From: a virus | Virus record (IMG/VR): IMGVR_UViG_3300044815_000165 | Span: 25,134 to 89,133 of that record | DNA length: 64,000 bases | Strand: one strand, 5' to 3' | In this document: positions 50,780-59,892 of the stretch, piece after piece | How positions within the stretch are numbered: position 1 is the first letter of the stretch | How the letters are laid out: the number at the start of each line of letters is the position of its first letter | Program-made: the position numbers and the translations under genes | Notes under the pieces: generated by a model | Seen by the model: the letters and a program-made list of their open reading frames with translations, nothing else | What the model was told of the DNA's origin: nothing | Database searches by the model: none

Positions 50780-51262
50780 TCACGTGTCACCTGCTACGGC
50801 GCCGGTGAGCGCCGCGGTGACCCACGTCTCGAGGTCGATGCGCGAGTCGGTCGAACACGCGTCCGTCCACCGGATCGCTTCCTTCCGGCTGTAGCCGGCA
50901 CCCGTGAGTGCCGCGATGACGTCGTCGCGCCACGGGTTCGCAGAGATGGGCTCGCGCTCGCCACGCGTCGTGTCGACGATCGGGGTGAGCTGAGGCTTGG
51001 TCATCACCTTGCGAAATGGACGCACGATCTTGGTGCCGGGTTCGGACGGCGGGCGACGTTCACGCGGTGGCGCCAGGCGAGCAGCGGGCAGCTCCCTGCG
51101 ACGTTCGTCAGCCAGCTTCGCGGCGTCGAGCTTCGCGAACGCGCGACGCTGGCGCCAGTCCTGAACGCGCAGCACGATCTTGTGCGTCTGGTAGCCGACG
51201 TAGATCCCGACCACGCCGCCGGCAGCTGCGCCGACGCCGAGGACCTCCCACGGCGGGCTCAC
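50780..51262 (-). CDS. Predicted membrane-anchored protein with RuvA C-terminal (domain III)-like domain
   Basis: GTGA overlap start; TM VLGVGAAAGGVVGIYVGY followed by a basic patch; C-terminal DDVIAALTGAGYSRKEA...LETWVTAAL. Confidence 0.7.
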   Translation of the reverse strand: MSPPWEVLGVGAAAGGVVGIYVGYQTHKIVLRVQDWRQRRAFAKLDAAKLADERRRELPAARLAPPRERRPPSEPGTKIVRPFRKVMTKPQLTPIVDTTRGEREPISANPWRDDVIAALTGAGYSRKEAIRWTDACSTDSRIDLETWVTAALTGAVAGDT

Positions 51263-51986
51263 GCTGGCCTCCGAGTCGATTCCTCGAACTTGTCGACGGC
51301 GTTCTGCATGGCCTCTCCGATGACGCGTCCGATGCCGATCCACGTCTGCTGCTCGCCGCGATAGTTCACATCGCCTCCCGCGATCGTGACGCGCCAAGCA
51401 CGTGCGCTGGATACGAACACGACTTGCATGTCGAGTCGGTTGTCGTTGAGGTAGCGCTGCAGTTCCAGCACCGACGTCGCGCCGTTGAACTTCACGCACC
51501 CTCCTTGAGGAGCTGCGCCTTGAACTCGGGCGACACCTTCTTCGCGTAGCTGTCCGCCGCCTCTTGCAGCTCGGTGAGCGCCTCGACGAGTGGGTTGCCG
51601 TCGTCCGAGCCGTCGCTGTCCTTGCTTGCCGCGTCCGACCACCGGATCGCCGCGACCTCGAGTCGGATCATCGCCTTCTGGCGATCCATCAGGCTCACGC
51701 GAGCACCTCGAGTTCGTTGACGTCGAACCAGTGGGACTGCACGTCGCTGCCCCACTTCCAGGTCTTGCCCGGCGACTTGTCGAACTTCACGAGGCACGAC
51801 GCGAGCGCCTTCTTGTGCCCGGTCGCGCGCTCGTGCGTGAGCACCTCGGTGACGACGCCCGTCTGGCCTTGGAGGACCTTGAGCGCGTCCGCGTTCCACG
51901 CGCTCACGTCCTTCACGTCGACGCGCACGCGGTCTCCGACCTTCTTCTCGATCATGGTTCAGGTTCCTTTCAGGTTGGTGGGAATG

Positions 51987-52015
51987 AGTATACCATTAGC
52001 GTTGACGTTGTCAAC
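51987..52015 (-). promoter_or_regulatory. Promoter with palindromic operator
   Basis: GTTGACGTTGTCAAC 52001-52015; TTGACA-16bp-TATACT. Confidence 0.75.
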
Positions 52016-52904
52016 ACCAATAGTCCACTACTTGCCGAGGTTGCGAGGCTTCGGATCGGTGAGTTCGCCGCGCTCGACCTGCGCGATGACGGCGTCGCAG
52101 TCGGCCATGCGGTGGCCTCTCCAACGTCCGCCGGCGAACGACCAGCCACACCGCGTGCACGCGTGCTTGTAGTAGCTGTTCCAGCGACGCCCGCTCGCGT
52201 ACGTCTGGGTGAACTTGTTCTCGACGAACGTCAGGCCGTAGCGATTCGTCGCGATGACATCAGTTTGCAGTGCCGTCGTCATGCTTCGCGACCTCGCCAG
52301 CGGTCACGTCGCTCGGCGGCGTGTCGTGCTGCGACACGATGTTGTCGATCGTGATGAACGCCTCGGCGAGCATCTTGCCGAGCTTCGCGATCTGGTGGCG
52401 GCGCGCATCCACCGTCTCGCCCGGCGCGAGCGGTGACGCGTTCAGGTCGGCAAGCTTGACGATGCGCTCGCTCATCTCGCGTGCCTGCTTGTGAGCTGCC
52501 CGGAACAGCTCGCCCTCGGTGACGACGACGATCATTTTCCACCTCTCTCCGCGCGAAGCTTCTTGATGAGCTGGCGTTCGTCTTCGGTGAGCGACGCCGC
52601 GAACTCGATCTTCTCGCGGCGCGCCCTGTCGAAGACGTCGAGCGCGTTGCCGAGCTTGTTGTTGATCCCTTCGACGAGCTTCTGCTCGCCGTTCGAGTAA
52701 CGTGTAGTTCTCGCCCTCGTCGCATGCATAAAGCACATTCTTGAGCAGCTGCATCTCGTCCTCCCCGAAGAGCAGGAAGTGTTCTGAGTCTCTCTTCAGG
52801 CGCTCGATCTCGACATCCTTCGCCTTGATTGTCTCGAGCAACTCTGCCACGTCGAATCCCATTGCCATGTTCTCTCCTCGGTTCAGGGTTGGTTCAAGCA
52901 TCCG

Positions 52905-52956
52905 GTGCGTTGCCTGGCAAGCGAGCCAGCTGGAACGGCGGACCGTTCAACGCTTC
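52905..52956 (-). repeat. 52-bp structured repeat, copy 1
   Basis: Identical to 59841-59892; folds as a three-way junction. Confidence 0.9.
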
Positions 52957-53549
52957 GCAATGATCATCGCGAGGGCGAGCGACCCTGCGAGGGAGCGGCG
53001 AGGTCGAGGTCGCGCACGCTCGATCTTGAGACGCACCGCTCTCCACCTCACCCAGTAATCGAGGATCGCACCGTACGCGAACTGCGCATCCGTCCTCACA
53101 GCGTGTCGACCTTCGCACGAGCGCGGTGCATCTCCGCGGCCTTCTGCGCGAGCTTGCGGATGCCGCGCGCGTCGCCCTTCCACTTACACGTACAGCTCGG
53201 GACGAACTTGCCTTCCTCGTTCTCGTCGACCTTGGTCACGTGCTGGTTGCTCATCGCTTCGTGAGGTCCTCGTCGTGACCATCGGGGTGCGTGAGCGTGA
53301 TGCGGATGCGGCGAGGATGCGTGCCCCACACGTTCGCCAGGATCGCTTCCTCGAGCTTCTCGCGCGTGTCGGCGCGCAGCACGAACTCCTCGCAGCCTCC
53401 GTACAGCAACACGGCGGTGACGCGCATGAACTCGCCGTGGCTGAACGTCGCGCGGAGCATCCATGGCATCCTCACCTTGTCCTCGTTCGCGCGATTGTCG
53501 ATCTTGTACGTCGGCGCGTAGATGACCTCGAGCCCTTCGATGGCTGGCA

Positions 53550-53885
53550 TCAGTGACCCTTGTGCCAGGTGTGCCCGCCGTCGTGCGAGTGCGTGCCGCT
53601 CGCGACGGCGTTCGCGTTCACCTTGCGTCCCGTCATCGCCTCGGCCTTCGCGACGGCCTGGCGAAGCTCCCACGAGCCCTCGGCGGTGAGCGTGCGGAAC
53701 GCGCAGACGTCGGTGACGTCGTCACGGTCCTTCCACCCGGTGAACGCGACGGCACCGTTCGATCCGATGTTCACCTTGACGGTGCCGCCCTTGAGCGCGG
53801 CCTCGAGCTTGCGCAGCGCCGCCTTCACCTGGTTGTTGCGATCCTCGAGCGTCTGCCCGTTCTTCAAGCTGGTGTCGCACGGCAT
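53550..53885 (-). CDS. Hypothetical protein in the AAA-associated module
   Basis: GGAGG RBS; MPCDT...HSHDGGHTW. Confidence 0.65.
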   Translation of the reverse strand: MPCDTSLKNGQTLEDRNNQVKAALRKLEAALKGGTVKVNIGSNGAVAFTGWKDRDDVTDVCAFRTLTAEGSWELRQAVAKAEAMTGRKVNANAVASGTHSHDGGHTWHKGH

Positions 53886-54034
53886 CTAGCAATCCTCCGT
53901 CATGCTGTTGAGTTCGTCGGCGAGGCGGTGGAGAAAATCCTCCAAGGTCTCGCTCTCGTGGATCGAGTAGCTCATGGTCTCTTCGCCCTTGTTCGTCGTC
54001 ACCTTGATGACGACCTCGACGTTGAGCAGCTTGG

Positions 54035-54853
54035 TCACTCGACTTCCATCTGCCGCGTCGGTGCGGCGGGCGCGATGGTGGCGGGCTCGGCGTCGCTCAC
54101 GTCGAGGTCGGCGAAGCGCTGCGCGTTGACCGCGGGGAGCGCCTCCACCTCGATCATCTCGCCGGACATGTCGAGGAAGGCGACGCGCGCGCTCTCGATC
54201 TGACCGCGCTGGATGTCCAGCATCACCGTGTTGCGGTCCTCGCCCTCCTTCTCGATGCGCTTCACGATCGTGCGGGCTGCCTTGCGCGCCTGCTCGATGG
54301 CCGCGCTGACCTTCGCCTGCTTCTCGTCGGAGAGCATGCTCGACAGCTCGCGCGCGCGATCCGCGGCCTCGCGGATGGCCTTGGGATCGAATGCCTGGAT
54401 GCCGGCGCTCATCTTCACCGTTAGCTCGGCGATCTCCTGGGTGATGGCGCGCGCGGCCTCGGCGTCGTCGCTCGCGACGCGGCCCTTGATGACCCACAGC
54501 CCGACGCGCGCGTGCTTCGAGGTGTCGTTGAAGTTGTCCATCAGCTGGCGCGCGGCCTTCACGGCGGCGTCGAGCGCGCCCTCCTGGTCGTTGGGGCAGA
54601 GCAACCCGAACGAGGTGTTGGAGCAGACCTTCGTGATGAGGCTGCGAGCTTGCGTGCGGCACTTCGTCGCCGCGTCGTGCTCCTCCTTGTCCTCGATCGT
54701 GCGCTTCGTCTTCCACTCGGAGACCTCGGCGCCGTCGGGCAGCTTGTCGCCGGTGACGAGGTCGACGCGCTCGTAGGCGACGCCGCCGCGCAGGGTGGTC
54801 TTGAGGGACACCAACAACCCAGGTCGGATAACGGATGCGTTCGACATATTCAT
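54035..54853 (-). CDS. Helical protein, possibly DUF3150-like
   Basis: AAGGAG RBS; helical 272 aa near the AAA ATPase; family call tentative. Confidence 0.55.
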   Translation of the reverse strand: MNMSNASVIRPGLLVSLKTTLRGGVAYERVDLVTGDKLPDGAEVSEWKTKRTIEDKEEHDAATKCRTQARSLITKVCSNTSFGLLCPNDQEGALDAAVKAARQLMDNFNDTSKHARVGLWVIKGRVASDDAEAARAITQEIAELTVKMSAGIQAFDPKAIREAADRARELSSMLSDEKQAKVSAAIEQARKAARTIVKRIEKEGEDRNTVMLDIQRGQIESARVAFLDMSGEMIEVEALPAVNAQRFADLDVSDAEPATIAPAAPTRQMEVE

Positions 54854-55293
54854 GCTCCTTGATTCAGGTTTCGTTGTTTGCGTTTCCATTTGCGCGTTCT
54901 CTCCCTCGCGCAGATGCGGCACGCTCGATAGCCGTTGTAGCCGTTCGTGTTTTCCGTGGAGTACGGATGCCCCTGCGGGCAGTGCGTCTTCGCCGCATTA
55001 CGCGACGCGATCCCATCTCCTCGGAGAATGTTCTCGCGCTGCGTGACAGGCTCGAGGTGGTTCGGATTGCAGCACCAGGTATTCCTGCATAGATGATCAG
55101 GAACATGTCCGTCTGGAATCGGTCCGATGAAGTGCTCGTAGAAGGCTCGGTGCGCGCGAAGTTTCTTCGCACCCATGTGGAGCCTGACGTAGCCGTCGCG
55201 ATCCACTCGGTTCGGCAACCTCCAACACCACCACGGTCCGACTAGTTCGATGTTCGCGAAGTAGTCGCTGATGTGTTTGAGCGGAGGAGCCAT
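54850..55293 (-). CDS. HNH homing endonuclease (paralogue of 49814-50230)
   Basis: DGY..HRAFYE..PDHLCRNTWCCNPNH; HCPQGH..CRIC. Confidence 0.88.
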   Translation of the reverse strand: MAPPLKHISDYFANIELVGPWWCWRLPNRVDRDGYVRLHMGAKKLRAHRAFYEHFIGPIPDGHVPDHLCRNTWCCNPNHLEPVTQRENILRGDGIASRNAAKTHCPQGHPYSTENTNGYNGYRACRICARERTRKWKRKQRNLNQGA

Positions 55294-55304
55294 CGGTGAC
55301 CACT

Positions 55305-55568
55305 CTACTCGTTAGCTGTGATGATGTCACGGACCACGTCCGTGAACCCAACAGACGCCACGTACGTGAACGCTTCGTCTTCGGTAGCGAAGAACTTGTT
55401 GAAGCCCGTACCGACGTTGTCCTCGATCTCGACGACCGCGATCGGGAAGTGCTTCTTCGTGTTGTCGCGCTGAATCAGCCGCTTGAAGCGCGACGGTGCA
55501 CGACCATCGCTCGGCTGATAGCACGTCGCTATCTTGGTGATGACAGATGCGTTGCTGGACATGTTCAT
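55305..55568 (-). CDS. Hypothetical protein
   Basis: AAGGA RBS after the promoter; N-terminus resembles that of 54035-54853. Confidence 0.55.
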   Translation of the reverse strand: MNMSSNASVITKIATCYQPSDGRAPSRFKRLIQRDNTKKHFPIAVVEIEDNVGTGFNKFFATEDEAFTYVASVGFTDVVRDIITANE

Positions 55569-55596
55569 GATCCTTGGTTCAGGTTGTGACGTAGCG

Positions 55597-55627
55597 AGCA
55601 TAGCAGGTTCGTGTTGACAACGTCAAC
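55597..55627 (-). promoter_or_regulatory. Promoter with palindromic operator
   Basis: GTTGACAACGTCAAC 55613-55627; TATGCT -10 box. Confidence 0.75.
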
Positions 55628-55645
55628 CCGAATCTACTCCACCAA

Positions 55646-57193
55646 CTACAGGTCGAGCGAGCGCGTCGTGCCGAGCGCCGTGGTCTCGGGCGTGCTAGCC
55701 GGTCGCGCGCGTCCTTTCGCCCACTCGCGGAGCGTCGAGATCTTCTCGCTCGCCGTCTTCGACAGCGGGATGACGCGCGTCGCGGCCCGCTTCAGGTCGT
55801 CCGTGTTGATGGGACGCTTCCCGTCCGCGAACGCCTCGAACAGCGCGTCGGGCACGAGCGCCGCGATCTCCGCGCCGACGAACCCGTCGGTCGCGAATGC
55901 CACCGCCTGCAGGTCGATGTCGTCGATCGGACGGTTGAATGCCTTCAGCGACGCCGCCACGATCTCGCAACGCTCGCCCTGCTGCGGAAGGTCGACGAAG
56001 AACATCTCGTCGAAGCGTCCCTTGCGGAGCAGCTCGGGCGGCAGCTGGCGCACGTCGTTCGCCGTGGCCACCACGAACACGCTGGCCGTCTTCTCCTGCA
56101 TCCAGGAGAGGATGACGCCGAGCGCGTCGGTGGACACGCCGCCGTCGCCCTGCTGCCCGGAGGCGCCGGCGAGCGCCTTCTCGATCTCGTCGAACCAGAG
56201 CACGCACGGCGCCATCGTCTCCGCGAGCGCGATGAGCCGGCGGATGTTCTGCTCGGAGTCGCCGACGTACTTCGACTTCGCGCCGCCGAGGTCGCCGCGG
56301 AGCAGCGGGACCTGGAACGCCGTGGCGAAGCACTTCGCGGCGAGCGACTTGCCCGTGCCCGGGAGACCGACGAGCATCACACCCTTGGGAGCCGGGAGAC
56401 CGAAGTCGCGCGCCTCCTGCGTGAAGGCAGCCTTGCGCTGCGTGCACCATGTCTTCAGCTCGCCGTAGCCGCCGATGGCATCCAGGCCGCGCGGGTCGGG
56501 CTCGTGCCACGTGACGCCCGGGATGCCAGCGATGAGGCGCTTCTTCTCGCTGGTGACGATCGCCGGGTCGACCTTGCGGTTCGTGACCAGCGAGCGGCTG
56601 TAGCTGTTGCTGATCTGGAAGGCGGAGAGCCCGAGCGCGCCGTCGATGGCGCGGTCACGCGTGCCGTTCGGTGCGGCGTCTGCGCGCATCGGCTCGGGCA
56701 GCGCGCCGATCACGTCGTCCAGGAGGCGCGAGACTTCCGCGCGGTCAGGGAGCGGGTACTCGATGACCGTCATCTCGGGCACGTCGCGCGGGATCTCGGC
56801 TGTCATCGGCGAGAGCAGCACCACGCTGCGCGCCTCGTTCGGCGGCGCGACCTGCAGCTCGCGCGACAGGTTGCGGAGCTTGCGCAGGATGGTCGGGTCG
56901 CCGACCCACTTGTGGAGATCGCGGAGCACGTACACCGCGCGCTCCTTGCGCGTGCGGATGAACTCGAGCGCCGCCGACGGGTCGCCATTCTGCGAGAACC
57001 GCGTGGTCTCGTCCGCGCCCGTGATGCCGCGGTCACAGTCCCAGAACCGCGTCTCGTACTTCGCGGCGGCAGCGGCACCCACGAGCGCACGCTCCACGCG
57101 CATCTCGTCGTCGCTGCGCACGAGCAGGAGCGTGTTGCGCGCCTTCAGGAGCGCCGTGATGTCGCCGTTGACGGTGGTCGCGTTGATGCTCAC
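55646..57193 (-). CDS. Ycf46-like AAA+ ATPase
   Basis: GLPGTGKS, LWFDEIEK, ATAN, PPELLRKGRFDE, LREWA..RARPAS. Confidence 0.88.
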   Translation of the reverse strand: MSINATTVNGDITALLKARNTLLLVRSDDEMRVERALVGAAAAAKYETRFWDCDRGITGADETTRFSQNGDPSAALEFIRTRKERAVYVLRDLHKWVGDPTILRKLRNLSRELQVAPPNEARSVVLLSPMTAEIPRDVPEMTVIEYPLPDRAEVSRLLDDVIGALPEPMRADAAPNGTRDRAIDGALGLSAFQISNSYSRSLVTNRKVDPAIVTSEKKRLIAGIPGVTWHEPDPRGLDAIGGYGELKTWCTQRKAAFTQEARDFGLPAPKGVMLVGLPGTGKSLAAKCFATAFQVPLLRGDLGGAKSKYVGDSEQNIRRLIALAETMAPCVLWFDEIEKALAGASGQQGDGGVSTDALGVILSWMQEKTASVFVVATANDVRQLPPELLRKGRFDEMFFVDLPQQGERCEIVAASLKAFNRPIDDIDLQAVAFATDGFVGAEIAALVPDALFEAFADGKRPINTDDLKRAATRVIPLSKTASEKISTLREWAKGRARPASTPETTALGTTRSLDL

Positions 57194-57410
57194 GAGCGCA
57201 CCATCCGGGCGACGCCGCGCACGGCGAGGGTGAGCGCGACGATGAGGAGAAGCACGATCACCGGGTTGGTGATGGTCGCGTGCGCGGCGGGCGTGCCACC
57301 GATGCCGACGTCGTCGTGACCGGGGTGCGCGAGCGCGAGGCTCGGCGCGAGCAGGATGGCGATTGCGAGTTTCTTCATGTTCAGGTTCCTTGGTTCAGGT
57401 TGTGAGTGAG

Positions 57411-57440
57411 AGCTTACAGATTCCTGGTGACAACGTCAAC
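57411..57440 (-). promoter_or_regulatory. Promoter with near-palindromic operator
   Basis: GGTGACAACGTCAAC 57426-57440; TAAGCT -10 box. Confidence 0.7.
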
Positions 57441-58029
57441 AAGAATCGGTGAACCATCACGCGAACGGCTGCAGCACGACACCGCAACCGATGTGCGTCT
57501 CGAATGCGAGGAAGCGCCAGAACAAGTAGGTGGAGATGTAGCCGAACCGCCTCACGGTTAGTCCTTCCACGGATGCGTCCAGCTCTCGTACTGCTTCATC
57601 GTGATGCGCCTGTCTTTGCAGAGCGCGTCCGTGAAGTTGTTCCATGCCTCGGCACGCATCGGCTTGTCGATGTAGCCGCGCTGCGATCGGAACGACTCGG
57701 GAGGACACAGCTCGTCGAACTCGGCCTTCGCTTCGGCTTTCGTCATCACTTCACCTCGCAGAAGATGTGCTCGATGTGAGACCACACGAAGTAGAAGCAC
57801 GGTCTACCGTCGTACGTGGAGCGGTGGTAGGACACCGCCCAATCCTTGGACAACCGGAGCCCGATCTCGCGACCGTGCCCGACGTCGTAGCCGAGCTGTC
57901 GTTCGATCTCGACCATCGCGTCGCCCACGTGCTTGCGCATCGTGCGGTAGGTGCACTCCTTCGCCGTCGACGTCATCGCGTCGATGAGCGCGCCCGTCGA
58001 GTTCACGCACGTCGTCTCGAACTGGTACA

Positions 58030-58458
58030 TCACGACTCCTTGAAGTCTGGGATGGTGACGGAGTTGATCTTCGCGACCCATGGACCAGCGATGATGCGCG
58101 AGTTGTGGCAGACGACGAGCGAGCGCCCGTCCGTCCACTCGATGACCTCGAAGTTCATCGTGTCGCCCTCGACGAACGTGATCCGCGGCGTCATCGCTTC
58201 GAGGACCTGCTTCGTCGGCGTCACCTCGAGATAGATGCGCCGGTCGAGACGCTTCAACGAGCAGAACTTGTCGAGGTACATCGGGTCGCGCGGCTCGTTG
58301 GCGCGCAGCGGCGGCAACGTCCACACGTGACTCGAGCGATCCTTGCGGCTGCGCTTGCTGAACTCGGCGAGCTTGTCGCCCGGGATGACGGTCGCGGACG
58401 CGAACACGTCGCTCCACTCTTTCCACTGTGTGATCGGAATTCGCTCTGCATTCGGCAT
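58030..58458 (-). CDS. Hypothetical early protein
   Basis: AGGAG RBS before MPNAER. Confidence 0.55.
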   Translation of the reverse strand: MPNAERIPITQWKEWSDVFASATVIPGDKLAEFSKRSRKDRSSHVWTLPPLRANEPRDPMYLDKFCSLKRLDRRIYLEVTPTKQVLEAMTPRITFVEGDTMNFEVIEWTDGRSLVVCHNSRIIAGPWVAKINSVTIPDFKES

Positions 58459-58647
58459 GGTCAAGGCTCCTGGTTTGGGTTTCGTTTCGCGCGACGGCAG
58501 TCCCTCGAGACTGCTGGCGAGACCCACGCGCTTCGCGTGGCTCGTCGTCGCTCCTTAGCTACGACCTCATGATGCTGCCCTCCAATCCTTTCGCGCGCTG
58601 TCGAGACGGCTCTCGATCGTCCCGGCTTGACGGGAATCAGCGCTCGT

Positions 58648-59028
58648 TCACACCTTCAGGCGTTTCAGCGATTCGATCGTCTCGCCGGCAGCTGCGAGCG
58701 TGGCAACGATCTCGAGACACGCCGCGTGCACGAGGTCCTCGAAGTAGCCTCCCGCGCGGAAGTCCTCCTCGCTGAGGTACGAGCACATCCCGAGCGCGTC
58801 GCTTCCCCTGAATCGCCCGTACGAGACGACGACCCGCACGTAGCACCATGCCCACGCGTTCCCCGACTCGAGCTGCTCGCGAATCCACTGCTCTTGCTGC
58901 GCGTCGGCTTCAGGGTCGACTGCAGAGCAGTTGCCGACGTAGTCGATGTCCTCGTCTTCACGGAAGACCGTCACGGTGCCGTGCTTCTCGAGGATCTTGA
59001 CGAGACGGTTTTGCTCGCGCTTCCTCAC
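58648..59028 (-). CDS. Hypothetical early protein
   Basis: GTGA-coupled, good codon bias. Confidence 0.6.
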   Translation of the reverse strand: MRKREQNRLVKILEKHGTVTVFREDEDIDYVGNCSAVDPEADAQQEQWIREQLESGNAWAWCYVRVVVSYGRFRGSDALGMCSYLSEEDFRAGGYFEDLVHAACLEIVATLAAAGETIESLKRLKV

Positions 59029-59573
59029 TTCGCACGCTCCACGCGCTCGCCGGTCTCCACGCTGTAGACGGGGAACGGTGCCTCGCCTCCCTCGAACCAG
59101 TCGTGTCCCGGGCAGTAGCAGCGCTCGCCGTCATCGCACGGCGTGTTGAGATGACAGGCACCCGGCGCGCACGGCGAGCAGAACGATGCGCGCGTGAAGT
59201 AGAGAGACTTCGTGAACCAGACGTCGTTCGACGAGTCGATGTGCGCCGTGACGATGCCGTTCTCGCAGACCTGCGCGTCGGGCTCGTCGCCGTACTGGTC
59301 ATCCTCGCGGATGGTCTTGCCGCACTCCGTGCAGTCGGCCACGAACATGCTGCGCAGGTGACCACCGGGCACCTTCACGTCGCGAGACTCGAAGTGGAAG
59401 TCCTCCGGGATGTCTTCGCCGCAATGCGGACAGCGCGCCGTGTAGACGGACTCGAAATCGTCGAACACCTCGCCGAGCGCGTGCAACGGGATGATGCCGT
59501 AGCGGATGCCCGTCTCCGTGTCGCGGTTGTCCGTGGATCCAGGGCCGCTGTAGTCGATGCCCGGCCCGCTCAC
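59025..59573 (-). CDS. Cys-rich (Zn-binding) hypothetical protein
   Basis: CPHC, CTEC, CSPC, CYC. Confidence 0.6.
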   Translation of the reverse strand: MSGPGIDYSGPGSTDNRDTETGIRYGIIPLHALGEVFDDFESVYTARCPHCGEDIPEDFHFESRDVKVPGGHLRSMFVADCTECGKTIREDDQYGDEPDAQVCENGIVTAHIDSSNDVWFTKSLYFTRASFCSPCAPGACHLNTPCDDGERCYCPGHDWFEGGEAPFPVYSVETGERVERAK

Positions 59574-59840
59574 TTCGCCGCCTCGAGATCATCGAGGAAT
59601 GCGGGCGTCGGGCCGCTCAGCTTCGGCCACTTTACGTAGACGCCGTCGTCAGGCGCCTTCGTCGAACCGACGGGCGGAGCCACGATGGTTCCCGCCGCGT
59701 CACCCGCGAACTTGCGCATCGCGCTACCAGCGAGCCAGCGCACCTTGACGCCGATGTTCGTGACGTCGGCATCCTTCCCCGTGTTGAACTTGCTCATATC
59801 TCAAGACCCCTCGTGTGATGGTTACGTTGCAATTCGTCTA

Positions 59841-59892
59841 GTGCGTTGCCTGGCAAGCGAGCCAGCTGGAACGGCGGACCGTTCAACGCTTC
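59841..59892 (-). repeat. 52-bp structured repeat, copy 2
   Basis: Identical to 52905-52956. Confidence 0.9.

Noticed and set aside
52902-52949. UGA followed by a stem-loop as a selenocysteine or readthrough signal
   Set aside because: Readthrough is in frame with a downstream ORF only in copy 1. Copy 2 hits TAG after 14 codons, and there is no selenoprotein context
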